Below, one piece after another: positions 1 to 12,730 of a stretch of DNA of 35,669 nucleotides. A program made the translations under genes and the position numbers. The stretch's first letter is position 1; each line of letters begins with the position of its first letter. A model generated the notes under the pieces. It made no database searches. It was not told the origin of the DNA and saw only the letters and a program-made list of their open reading frames with translations. The stretch comes from Hyphochytrium catenoides (lineage: Eukaryota; Protista; Hyphochytriomycota): the NCBI GenBank assembly GCA_900088475.1, contig FLMG01002741.1, positions 1-35,669 on the forward strand. Reading direction: 5' to 3'.

Positions 1-243
1 AGAGAGAGAGAGAGAAGAGGGAGAAGAGAGGGAATGAAAGAATTGACTCAGGAAGGCAGAAGCTGCACGCAGACGGTGTGGTGCTCTGCCTCCTCTTCGC
101 GGAATGGACAAGTAGAAGGGTGACGCAGGATTTCTAGGAATAACAGAAGAAAGAGTGCCCCGCTGTTTCGTTGTTCCTGCTGATTGAAGCTTATCCCCTG
201 CCTTTCAGCCTTCTAAAGCGGCAGACCCAGAGGCCTGGCAGCC

Positions 244-1926
244 ATGGTAGGAGCGAATCTCTTCTCTCTTGCTTCCTGCTCTTGTCGCTTATTCCTTCTC
301 TCTTTCTCTCTCTTTTCTCTCTCTCTCCCTCTCTCTCTCTCTTACTTTCTCGTTTCTTCCTCCCCCTTCCACTATGTCTCTCACCTGCTTGTTACCTCTC
401 GTTCCCTCTCTCCTTCCAGGCCAACCAAGCTGCCAAGAAAGCTTCCAAGCACAGCCAAAGCCTATCGTCTAACTTGCAGCTAGTTCTTGCTGTCATCAAT
501 GTCAGTGAATCTCTTCGTCACATCCTTGCACCTGGGTCATCTCTCTCCTTGGCTTCGAAAGATCCAATGCCCCCAGCCACTTTCTCTCTCTTCTCTTGGT
601 CTTCTTGCTCTCTCCCATTCTTCCATTCTTCCTCTCTTTCATTCTTTTCTCTCTCGATCTGTCTCTACCGCTGCCTAACTCTCTTCCTTCCCTTCGCTGC
701 ACCTTCATCTGCGATTAATCTAGGGCATCTATCTGCTGTACCGTGTGATATGGCACTTCGACTCCTTCGCCTCCTTCCACTGGGTGGCAGCCAGTGGAAT
801 GGTAGTGACAGAACTGATTTGCTACTGGATGATAGTGCAGGCAGTGCTAGAGAGAACTGGATATGAGTGAGATATGCGCTTCAAGTCTCTTCCCTTACTC
901 CCTTTCTCTCTCTCTCTCTCTCTGGCCGTCGACGCTTTGTCTCTCCTCTCACACTCCCTTCCTTCGCGTCTCTCCCTCGTTCTTTTCCCCCATTGTATGT
1001 GTCCAGATTGTCGCCAGTGAGGCACAAACCCTCGGCCCAGATCTTTTCATTCGATGCTTCTGTCAGTCCTATCGCTCTCTATTCCTTGCAGTCCTCTCAG
1101 CTCTTTCTTCCAGCCTTTTCTTGGCCGATTTCCTATCAATCTGGCGGTCTCCTCTCCCCTGGCTGTCTCCTCTCCTGCTCCCTATCTTCTTTCTCACGCA
1201 GTTGTTGGCCTTGCTATCTCCTAGGTACTATCTGGACGTCTTCATCGTCACAGTGTTCGTGCAGTTCACCTCAATGTTCTCGGACTACTTCTTCTTGGTC
1301 TTCTTAGTGGTAAGAGAACCCTTGACCTTGCAAAAGGCCGCCTTCCATCTCTTCTCCTCTCGTGACCGCCCGCCGTGTTTGCCTCTTTCATTTTTGAGTT
1401 CTCTTTTATAGCAGTTGATAATGCCTTCCTCTGACTTGAAACCTTTGATCCGAGTCTCTTTGCGCTATACCGCTGACTGGCCCGTTGTCCCGATAGATCC
1501 CTGGTTTTATCCTGTACAAGATGAGCGGGTTCATACTCTCCTACATCTTCAAATCAGAGCCGGAGGTAACGTGCCTCTTTCCTGGACGATCACTTTCTTA
1601 CTTGGTCTACAACCTTAGGACAGCACCTGGGACTCTTTTTCTAACTCTTATGGCGTCTAGAGTTATCTTATGTTGCCATGAGGAGCTGACGTGACCCTAG
1701 AATTGTTCTATTTTTTCTGCTAGCTGACATTTCGCCGCGATACAATGTGGCTGTCTCCCAGACTCTTCGATCTCCTTGGTCAAGCCAGAGCCTCTCTTCC
1801 TCTATTTATATCTTTGCCTTTCTTCTTCCTCAGGCTCCAGATATGTCTGACCCGCAAACTCGAAAGAAAGCGGAGAAGCAGGAGCGAAAACAGAGTAAGC
1901 CAAAGTTCAAGATGGCTCGAAAGTAA
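244..1926 (+). CDS. TMEM208: TMEM208/SND2 (DUF788), SRP-independent ER targeting protein, 157 aa, 6 exons
   Basis: Exons 244-246 (ATG only), 420-500, 724-866, 1225-1309, 1497-1565, 1834-1926, all GT-AG and in frame. Protein: MANQAAKKASKHSQSLSSNLQLVLAVINGIYLLYRVIWHFDSF...EYYLDVFIVTVFVQFTSMFSDYFFLVFLVIPGFILYK...TRKKAEKQERKQSKPKFKMARK. The basic N-terminus, TM helices, EYYxD and IP...YK motifs and basic tail match what I recall of TMEM208/SND2. Confidence 0.9.
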
Positions 1927-2107
1927 TGTAGCAGTATAAATATATGAGTATGACACATAGGAACTAAGGAGAGAAAATAATAAAGTCTCTCTCTTGGTTG
2001 AGGTCGCTTGCCATCGCCGCTCTTTGCCGCCCTCACTCTTCTTTCTCACTGTCTGGTTGGACTCTTGGAGTTGCACTGTTCCGAGAAAGCGGAGTCTATG
2101 GAGACCT

Positions 2108-5100
2108 CTATTTCCATAGAGTTGACCCCTGGAGCTTGTCACCTGATGCTGAAGGCCTCTTCCCTTGCCTGTAAGCACAAGGAAAGACATTCAGAGAGAT
2201 ATGAACAGTGCAAAGCTTGTTTAAAGATAGAAAGACGAGAACCCGAATAGAGAAGACGCTGAGAGAGGCAAATCAGGAAAAGGAGATAAATATTATCAAA
2301 AGTATGTGATCTGGAGCATGTATATCCTGAGAGAAGTCTTCTTCCCAGCGCCCTAGCTACTTACAGAGTCGAGCCCCTGAGAACAGGCTTGTCTTCAGAG
2401 ATTACATTTCCTGGAAGAGGAGATCCGTAAGAGTCAAGGCCACCATGACGAGCAAAATGACAACAGTAATGGAAGAATAACAGCTCAACAGAAAGCGCCG
2501 ATATTCAGGAGATAGTGTGGAGTTGTCAGAAGCCCTTTACTGCTTACCTAAGGAGCTCTGTCTCTGCATTGAAGAAGAAAGAGACGATGCCAGACTGGAT
2601 CGCGGCTCTGGAGGAGCTTGGGAGGGTGTGCCATTACCTATAGAAAAGCATTCAAAAACTTAGTAAACATCTTCTCAGCACAAGCGTTCGTCCTGACTAA
2701 GCATTTTCGTCCATCAGCTATCATGGCTGTCTACTCTCTTGATCTAAATGCAATCTATTTTGCTGCTCTAGCTGTTGGGTTCTCTGCCCTAACTCCCCGT
2801 TCTGCAGGTTTTAACAATGGCAATCAAGTTATCTTTTCTCCCTAGGCCTTTAGCCCACTCGCTTTCTACCAAGAAGCGTGCGGCAACCTCCACTTTAAGT
2901 GGTTGGATCTCTTACCTATGGATATTTGAGGTGCTGTCTGACGAGGAGTCGGTGATCGCTGCAGAGAAGATCCAAGAGAAGTGCCGAGCGTGGAGCCGGG
3001 CAGCTCTCTTTCTCTTCCTCTCTCTTTCAAACCGTTGGATAAAGATGACTTTGGCTTGGGAAGTGAAGGTTCCATTAGCAGATTGCCGAGAGAAGAAGCG
3101 CGAGGTGGAGGTGGAATGTCACGGCCCATGGGCCCTGGAGGCGGTAGAGGACCACCTGGTCCGTCCAACATGTTCGGACCTGGCTCTAGGGAAGGGAACG
3201 AGGACGACAAACAGTGAGATTCAATGACGAGGAATTTAGCGTTAGAACTGTCATGAACTACAAAGAGACATTGCCTACGGTGACGGGTCCGTAGTCACAA
3301 CAGAGCTGCAGGTGAGAGAAAGAGAAGAAGTGCAGAAACTGATGAACGTCTGAGAACGTAGATCTAAAGCTAGAGTAGCAGGTAGAGAGGATGTACCACG
3401 AAGGAAGGCCCCCAAGGACGACCGAGGAGGGGGACCTAACGGGCGAGGGCCGCGCGGAGGACCACCACCTGTGTAGAGCAAGAGACATCAGAGACCCCTT
3501 GCTATAGCAGAATATGAGAGAATATGAGGATGACATTTACAGGGCCCAGTGCATACCTAAAAAGACGTTCCCAAGAGAGGTTGCCTTGCGCGGAGGACCC
3601 CGAGGACCCATGCCTAAGGGTGACAAAGCCGAGAGGTAAGAGTCGGTGGAGGGCTGAAGTCTATGAAACTGTAAGACAAAAGGAGCTTGAAAGCCTAACG
3701 TCAACAGAAGCAAGAAGAATGGCGGCAAGTGAAGTGGGGTCACCTGGAGGGGGATGAGGAGGGCCTGGAGGAGGGCCCATTCTAGGGCCCATGAAGCCTC
3801 GAGGCGGCGGGCCATGGGGATGTCCAAAGTCTGGAGGGACGCTGCCTCGCCGTCTCCTAAAAGCCGAGAAAGTTAGGGTAAGAACCCTTAGGTGCCTAGG
3901 CTACAGTGACGGAAAATCTCCCAGACAAAGATCTTGCTAACGTTTCGGTATCTCTATCTTTGCCGCTGGTTCTTGCTTGCGGCTCCAGCTCGGTCTTGGA
4001 CAACCATCGCCCCTAGCCTACTCCCCGCCACTATCTTTCGTCACAAGTCCGCTATCTTTCCCTTTGCATAGGCTGTTCCTATATTTCTCTTCTCGATGGG
4101 TCTCAAGCACCGTCCTCTGAAGCCTTACCCCATAGGTCCAGGGCCGTCAAAGGAAGGTCTCCCTCCATCTGATAGTCTACCAGGCGGCCCGCCTGCGTCT
4201 GCCATCGCAAGAATATCATTGATAAGATGCTCATCATTCTCGCTGATGCTAGCTCGCGTGCGAAGGAGGCCTCGAATCATACTACGGAACGAACAGATAG
4301 TCAATCTATCGCGGCTTCAAAAGCGGAGAGCAGGCACCTATTATGCAAGAAGGGGGAGGCCGAGGACAGAAAGAGCATGACGCTACCAACCGATTATTCA
4401 GGTGCTCTAGTCGGTTGGCCTCTCCTTGGAGCTGGTCCAGCACCATCATAGCCTCGTCTCTCCCTCGGCCAAGTGAGTCTCTCTCTCGAGCGACCATGTC
4501 AAGCTCTCTTCGCATCCCCTCCATTTCTTTCATGGCAAAAGAGAGTTCAGACTTGGCTTGACGGAGCGCAACCTTTAGCTTGGCGCGATCTTCATTGGCC
4601 GCCACCTACACAACACAGTGGGCAGGGTACGATCGCACAAGGACAAAAGTGACCGTCAGCAGGAGTAGGCCTTGCTTCAAGATACATTGTGCGCCTACCA
4701 GCTGTTCGTGGAGGTCATTCGCTTTCTGTTTGATGGCTGCAAACGAAGCACCTCCTGCCGCCAGCCCGCGCTCGAGACGAACGTTATCTTTGCGGAGCTA
4801 TAGAGAGAGCTTTCTGTTAGTGTTTGTAAAGCCAGCAAAAAGAAATTCCTACAAGCCTCAAATCAGAGGAAGAAAGAGGACGAACTCGGAGTAAAATATA
4901 TTCTGATGGCGAGAGGCAGCACTGGCTCCTAGGCAATCAATGGCCACTTTATTGACCACTGGATTCTAGAACAATGGCGCGTGCCAAAAGGACGGAGGAA
5001 TGAGAAAGACTAACGGCCCTCCGCAATACCTGAGTGTTAAATGACTTCAGGTTCCTATTCGCCTCCTTAAGCTTAGTATTCTCCTGCCTAAGGTGAGATA

Positions 5101-8100
5101 TAGCGCTTTCCATATCTTCCAACATATTTACATCCGCGGTGACCAGCTGTGGTGAGCCATCCAGCGAGACTACCGGGATAGCCATAGGAAGAGACGCCCC
5201 TGGAAGAAAACCAAAAGAACAGATACGTTACATGGCGATGATAAGAGATAGAGAGGAGGCTTGAAAAGTGAAGATCGCTCCACGGCTACGAAGAACATAG
5301 ATGAGGTTATACTAGCTCCCAGTCATTATCCTGGACACCATCTAGTGATACCTGACTCCGATTTTTTGCTTGTGAGCTGTTGCTCGATCTCCTGATTCTT
5401 CTGCTCAAGTTGTTCCCGGAGGAGTCTCTCTTCCTCCAGTCTCTGCTGCAAGGCCTTCACTTGGTTCTCAAGCTTGGCAGCTTCTCGAGCCTCCTGGACT
5501 ACGATCAGATAGTGCGACCTGGCTTGCATTCCTGAGGCAAAATAGTCAACAGTGGGGCACTAATAGAGGATGCCGAAAAGCTTAAAATTGTTGGAGACCA
5601 GGATAGAAAGATGGAAACTGCTATGAAATGCTAGAATCTGGGAGGAAATGGCTGTGAGCGTTGCAATTGTAGGATTGGCCTCTTCCTTACCTCTAACAAT
5701 CGCTTGTATCTTGACTGTGGCAAAGTGCGCTCGAATGAAAGCTCGACGACTCCTAGCCATTCTGTACCAGGATTGGATGCGCACTGCACGAGCTCTCTGC
5801 AAGAGCCTTCGGCATTCTAAACGGGCCAGATAGCCGCGGATGACCGCCTAATGGGATTTCGTGACGGTGAATGGAAATAGTATAGCGGTGAAAATGCAAG
5901 CAAAGGCCTCCAAAGTGTCATAAGATAAGGATGGCGCAGTATGAAGGGAATAAGGGGTTTCATCAGAACCAAGAAAGGGGATTGAAGGTCTCACAGAGTT
6001 ACACAGAAAACTGAGGGAGGCATGAAATAAGGAAGTAAAAGGTTCGAGGAAGCAGAGAAGCTGCGGAACCTGTATGAGAATGGTCCGTTCAAGAGCAAGA
6101 AGATATTCCTTCCTCGCAACATACGCCCGATAAGCGCTGCGGATATATGTATATTAGATCTAAGGCAGGTGAGCGGCAGAGCGCCACACTAGCAGAGACG
6201 GGAAGGACATGATATGCCACGAATCGGCAAGAGACACCAAGAAGGAAAGGAGTTAGGTAGCTGGAGGATCAGCAGTGACGAATAGGCTTTGCTAGAGAAT
6301 AGAGCAGGAGTCCGTTGTGAAAGAGCACCTACCTTTGTATCTTGATGGTTGCCCTCCTGATAGCTCTGTATTGACTGTACGCTGCACAGCCTCGGGCAAA
6401 CTTCTGCAAGACGACAGCTGCCCTCGCCTGAGCTCTTGACCGGGAGGCTTCCAAGTGCTCTAGCACCCCAGCGGCAAAGAAAACCTTGGTTTTGCCTGTG
6501 ATTGGGTCAAGTGCAGATGAAAGAACGTTACATCCGCTGCCTTTACACGGCAAGTTGACAAAGAAAGAGTGAACAATAAGAGAAGAAAGACTAGACAAGA
6601 GCAGAATAGTCTGTTATACGTCAGCAAGAACGAATGGAAAGGGTCGACGGGTAATGTACCACTAGAAGCGCTCACGGGTCACAATGTCGCTTACCAATTT
6701 GGTACTCAACCTCCCTTCCCTGAAGCAGGTAATCTCCTAGGAGGGAGCGTGCCGCTCTCTGTAGCTCTTCTTCTGTCATCGCATGGACAGGACCATGCAG
6801 AGCTTTTTCTCCATCTTTGCCGGCCAAGAATCGGAACCTCATAAGACACTCGGAGAGAAGTATACGATTGGGAAACGCTGCCCTGCTCACTCGGATGGCT
6901 TCTATAACTCCAGCATAGCGTAGCTGCAGCGTAACCATTCTTTTAGAGAAAAGGGCAGAACTCTTTCTCTCGTTCGGCTTAATGCATCGAACATAATGGA
7001 CCTCGGTTCTCCCGATGTTGTCCATCAGCTGACCCAATTGCTGCTTGAACTGTGTGCCAACTGTTGGGGATATGATGCTTCTTCTCTTACCTCCTCCAGA
7101 AACGGAAGAGGAGGATGGAGAGAGTCCAAAGATGTTATTAATAAAAAGACTGGAGCTTCCTTTCAAAAGGGCCTCAAGATCCGGCTGAAGCTCGTCTTTG
7201 TTCTTCTCTAGAAACGATCCCACCTACCATTAGAAAGTCATAGAGAAGCCACAGTTAGGAGGAATAAATGGCACTTGGGCAGTACTATGCTGAAGAGAGA
7301 GATGTATTATCAAGGTGAGGTCAAATCAAGAATAACATGAAAGTCACTTGTATGGGAGAAGCAGAAGGCGAAGAACGAGGAAGGACTCAGTAAGAGCCAT
7401 TTTTGCTGATACGTGACAATACGCAACGGAGCCCGTAGAGAACATATAAGAGCCGGTGGACTGCGCCTTCTCTCGCGATGGATGAGGATCGAAGAGTGGC
7501 AAACAATAGAAGGCAAACGTAGTGTCATTAGAGTACCAGACCTCTTCTCGCATCGCTTACCTCATACTCTACAGTGCCAGCATAGTGCACAATTGAAAAC
7601 TTTGACTTCGAGAGCCTTGCCTTCTTGAAGAACTCATTGTCCTTGAAGACCGCTGTCACCTTATTTAAAAATTTCTCATCGCTTCCTCCCTGCAGGAAAC
7701 ATTCCTCATTCAAGAAGGTTAGCAGGCCCATCTTCCCTTCAATGAGAGAGAGAACGGCTTCGTTATCCGAGTATTCAATGCGAGTCCAAGGGATGCCTTC
7801 TTGCTCGTACTCGGCCTACACCAGAGTGTCAGCAACTCCGAATGTCTAAAGGCCAACAAGAGAGAACGAGGAGTCTCAAGGAGCAAAGGAGTATACGTAG
7901 AGAGCAGTTGAGTCTGGTGTATCATTCTAAAGGTTTACCGCCTAGATAAGTTACTATTGAGAGAAGAAGAAGAATAAAGACAAAACGTCACGAGAGGCTT
8001 AGGTAAGGAAACCTCGGCGGGTGCCACGCACCTGTACTGTCTTGAAGACATCCTGGTTGAACTTTTGCTGCAGTTTCTCATTCGCGTAGTTGATGCAGAA

Positions 8101-11100
8101 CTGCTCAAAAGAGTTTAGCTCAAACACTTCGAATCCAAAGATATCCAAGATTCCTATAAGAGCACGGGGAAGCGAGGATATTAACCGAAGGGGCAGATAG
8201 TCAGGCGGCTTCCTTCACGTCAGCTAGGAGGGCGTCATCTGTCTTTCGCACCTATTTGCGACACTGCGAGTGCCCCATTGCCTGTATTGTTGTTCACGGT
8301 TGCTACGAGCCAGTGAAAGAGGCGCTGGTAGATAGCGACTGACAGAGCCGACCGAGAGCTGTCTGCCTGCTTGATATTTAGGGGTACCACAAAACTCTCA
8401 TGCCTGGCGGCAGACGAGACAGAAAAAAGCGAAGTAAGAATACCAGCTTGTCCCCGAGCACAAGGATAAAGGACTATCTCTCTCGCTCTCTTGTTTTTCG
8501 CTTTGTCAATGAGTTCGAAGGGACATAGCTATATACTAGGTGTAATAGCTGCTTGTATCCGTCTACCTGGTGATCATGACTCGATTGCAGAAAGTTCGAG
8601 ATAGTTCTTCCACTCCAACTCCTAAGAGATCCGAGGCATAGCGTAGGGCTTGTTGCGTTTTCTCGTCCGGTGAGACCTGAGATAGATCAGAGTCTCCTTC
8701 CTGAGGTTGGAACGAAACGCACCCTAGGTGTAGAACCGCTACGAAGAGGAAATGAACACAGAATAGGCAAAACCATGAACAATGGCGAGGGACATTTCCT
8801 TTGAAGGAGTAGATGCTTGCGCGGACGGAGACAAGCAGAAAAGGAAATAGAGCCTGCCTGTCTCTCTCCTCTCGCGTTTGACACACAGACGCTCTCTTTT
8901 CTTTATCCCTCTCCTCGCCTTTCTTTCTGCACATTCATGTTTCTATACCTGCTAGGAGACGAAAGACGTTCAACTCCTCCTCCGAGGTAATGCCCACGAC
9001 CGCCATTGCATCCCTACAGCAGTGGAGAAAAAAGCGCCGTTAGCCGTAAAGGCACGAAAGAGACACAATGACAGAAGGAAATGAGGCAAAATATAATGAA
9101 GTAAAAGAGAAAGAGAGTGTGTTTACGAGCGCTGAAGGCCCCCTGGTGCCAAGATCAGACTGTCTTCCTGCAATATATCTCACCGGGTAGTCTTGAAATG
9201 TTCCGCGTCTGACTCTCCCTCAATAGTCTCGGTCACACCTCCGTCGCCTTTAACATAAGGATACGACTCCAAGTCTTGAGAGTAGAGTTGGACCTTCTCT
9301 CTTAGTTCCGGTCCCGCACTAAGGAGCTGATAGAAGATGTGATAGTTTCTCTCTCCTTTCCCTTGCTGGACGACCCTACTCTTCTCCAGCAGATAAGTCT
9401 CCGAATGAACTCCAATAAGTCTTCCTGCCTCATCAAATTGCAGCTGACCAAACTTGCCAAAACGGGAAGAGTTGTCATTTCTGACGGTCTTGGCATTGCC
9501 GAAGGCCTCCATCAGGGGATTGGACTTAAGGACTCGTGAGATAATTTGGCGACGAAGTTCTCCATCCCTCTCATTGTCAGCTGCTCCTCCTCCCGCATAG
9601 GCCAGATGTTCCATGAGAATTTTTGTCGTCTCTGTCTTTCCTGCACCGCTCTCTCTGCAAGCAGAAGGAAAGATGCAGAGTAAGGACCACAGTCAAGGAA
9701 AGAATGACATAGACAGAGGCTTGAGACTCAGCAAGAAGGAAGGGAAGTTATGTCTAAGCGTGCCAACGGGAAGTAGAGGGCCATGTATCAGTGACAAGGC
9801 CTTAGCAAATTACCCGCTAACAAGAATGCTCTGGTTGCTTCCGGTGGCTCTCATGCTTCGGTAGGCAGCTGCCGAAGTGGCGAAGGCATGCGGAGGCAGG
9901 TCTTTCCTGTCCATTCGAAGGTAGCTGAACTGGAGGTCAGGGCCATAGATGTCCAGCCACTCGTACTGCAGGTGAAGGTGCAAGGACCGCCCCAAAGAAA
10001 GAATGATTGTTGACATGTAGGACATGGAGTTAGGCGCAGCGGCGTAAGGCTAATAATGTGCCAGAGACCAAGATTGAGAGCAGATAACAGAGACTGGAAG
10101 CTCAAATGCGAGGGTGGCTGTAGGTAGCTAAAGACCACCGAGATTGAGAGAAAGACATCGCTGCAAATCAAAGACGGAGCCCCGCCCACAATTGCAAGTC
10201 ACATTTAAAGCACTTACTGGATTAACGGCAATGCATATCTGCCCTGTGTAAGTGTAAGGCAACCGCTTCTGGAACCTTTGACGCAGATTGAAGAGAATGG
10301 CCGGTTCATGCAAATAGCCCAAGTTTACCATGTCCTCGCATCCTTTCTCCGATTGGTTCAGATTCACCAGAAAGAGCGACGATGACTGAATAGGAAGAAA
10401 AGAGTGAAGAGGTACAGCAGGTAGCAAAGACATCAGAAAGAGGAGATCAGCGACAGCGATTAGCGACCAACCGGTGAACGACAGGTATACAACACCGCCC
10501 TAAAAGTGGCGGGCTAACGAGGGAAAGAGAGAGAGAGAAGAGAACTAAAGAGCAGCGGTCAAAAAATGAAAGAACGAGAGGATGAGAATAGAAGAGCGGA
10601 CGTCAACTAGACAGCAAACAGGACCTTCACGCTATAGATTGCTTGGCAATGTCCTTACCCAAATACGGAAGGAAGGGAAACAAATATAGAGAAGATCTTT
10701 GCAAAAGGACAAGAGGCAGATGATGAACAAGAGAGAGAGAGAGTCCCTTGAGAGAGGGGGAAAGAGCCCTTACTGGAACAATCCTAAGGTTAGAACGAGC
10801 ACTCTCGGCAGACTGGTCCTCTTCCATAGGGTCAGGAGCCAGCCCAACCTCCACGGTCCCATCCTCCAGGTGACGGACGACATTGGCAGGGAGGAAGCCA
10901 ACCTGGTCGTCCGGGATGTACACCTAGATGAAAGACCATATGCATAGGACTCAGTCGATGTAGACACGAGGTAAGAGACAAAGAGAGGGAGGGAGAATCT
11001 AGAAGGGAGAGAGAAGCATAGAGAAAGGGATGAACGCTGGCGAGAGAGAAAGAGATAAACAGGAGAAAGAAGGAAAGGTTGAGAAAGAAGAAACATAAGG

Positions 11101-11441
11101 AAAGAGAAATCAACAAAGGACTCTAACAAAGGACCTTTCTGATGGGAAACAAGAGAGAAAAGAAGGTAGTTGGGTGGGGTGGTAGATCAGCTCTACGAAG
11201 AGGAAGATAATAAGAGACAGCCGCAGAGTTCCGAAGGGACGCCACCCCAGCGGTGACGAAAAGGGGAATGAAGATAATCATAAAGTGTAGAGACCCAGCG
11301 GAGGAGATGCAGGTGGTTGCTAGAGGAAGAGCAGGTAAGACAAGCCTCGTTGACTCTAGAGGAGGACTAAAAAAGAGAGAAGTTAGGTAGACCAAGGCAG
11401 CCCGCTACCTTCGTGGGCTCGGCACCACTAACGCTAGTCAT
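2108..11441 (-). CDS. Unconventional myosin heavy chain (~1393 aa, 26 exons): N-terminal SH3-like region, motor domain, 5 IQ motifs, coiled coil, Pro/Gly-rich tail
   Basis: Exons: 11409-11441, 10774-10923, 10218-10385, 9814-9965, 9184-9654, 8949-9013, 8567-8738, 8252-8403, 8032-8153, 7561-7815, 6695-7223, 6333-6495, 6070-6136, 5691-5847, 5352-5531, 5030-5199, 4699-4797, 4391-4605, 4129-4281, 3744-3856, 3557-3613, 3397-3468, 2916-3185, 2548-2637, 2365-2410, 2108-2168. Motifs: [11 protein letters not shown]-loop GESGAGKT, switch [10 protein letters not shown], switch [36 protein letters not shown] motifs: LQKFARG, IQSAYRA, IQAVIRG, IQSWYRM, IQAIVRG. The first and last exons are the least certain. 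Confidence 0.93.
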
Positions 11442-12615
11442 TGCCCACTCTTCTACCGCAATTTCCGGCGCTTCTGTCGCGGGCGTCCTTTCAAGGCACT
11501 TGCTGATGAGCAAGGCTTAGAGATGAAAGGCAAAAAACCTCGACGATTGATGGCAGTCCATGACAATGCGAGAAGAGAGTCTCGTTGTTTCTTCTTTTGT
11601 CTCTCTCTCCCGGTCTGAGCTGTCTCTTGGTCCTTTCCTGTGTTGTCGCTCTTAGCCCAGCACGTCTCAAACTTAAGCTCAGCCAAGAGAGAAGGCTCAA
11701 ACGGCGACAATGCCTTTTCTGCTGAGCTCGGGAGAGCGGGAGATGGCGCGGGAAGATGGTTCTGACCTTGATGCTGAGCTGGCCGCGCTGGTGATGATGG
11801 GGCGACAACAGCGAGGAGAGAGGAGAGAGATAAGCAGTGATGGAAAGAGAGATGAACGCCTCCTCAAGCTAATTGTATACAAATAAGGGAATGAGTAGGG
11901 AGACAGAGCACGCATTAGAGCAGAGACAGAGCGGGATGAAGATGAGAATCAGAAGAGGTCAAGTGCAAACAAAAATTTTCTTGGCGAGTGGGAAACCAAC
12001 CCATCAACAACACTCCCGAAGAGCCGGATACGTGCTGATTCCGCTATCTGGCCAACTGTTATTCCTGATTGGTTAGCCATGTGGGTCGGGTGGGGTGTGG
12101 TCTGTCCCTTGGACTTCAACTGCACTCTCTCTGATATTGGACGGGTCCTACCCATCTCTCGCCCACACGCCCCCTCGGCATGGGCTTACCCATCCTTAGT
12201 CGGTCTCTCTGTCTCTTTCCTTTCTGGCTCTCCACCCAGTTGCTCTACACAGGTTACTCTCTATGTCGTGGTTGTTCACTTTTTTATCTCTATATACTCT
12301 GTCTGTCGGTCGGTCTTTATACGGAACGTTCCTTCTGTTCCGCCCCTTGGCTATATCTCTTCAATAGTTTGAGCATTGCTAGTAATCGTTTTACCTCAAC
12401 TCTGGCTCACGCCTCAATTCTATCTCCTGTCTCTGTCATCCCCTCGGACACATCTATCCTGGGGGAGATTTGGTACTACTCGCTTTGGGCCGTTTCCTCC
12501 CCTTATTTATGGTCCCCCTTCCTTCCTCTTGACTGGGAAAGGGAAAGGTCAAAGGTCATCTGCAGACAAAGGAAATCCTTTGATGCTGAGCGGACCGGGA
12601 GAGGGAGGAGAGAGG

Positions 12616-12664
<49 letters not shown>

Positions 12665-12696
12665 GGAAAGAGAGAGAGAGAGGGAGGGGGAAAGAG

Positions 12697-12730
<34 letters not shown>

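Noticed and set aside
171-1411. Long S/L/F-rich ORFs (171-866, 863-1411) that look like membrane proteins
   Set aside because: They are read-throughs of stop-poor CT-rich introns. The real coding sequence is the spliced TMEM208.
1672-1686. GTTGCCATG resembling an RFX X-box
   Set aside because: It is only a half site, lies inside a TMEM208 intron, and RFX regulation is not established for this lineage.
2960-3035. Possible short intron in the myosin tail (GTTTGA...CTGCAG)
   Set aside because: Splicing it shifts the phase and breaks the frame with the next exon. The unspliced reading is open and keeps the SL/GSTL motifs.
3575-3590. Possible GC-AG donor (AAG|GCAACC) in the myosin tail
   Set aside because: A canonical GT donor at 3556 gives the right phase and retains the TSLGNV motif. 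No non-canonical donors were needed anywhere in the window.
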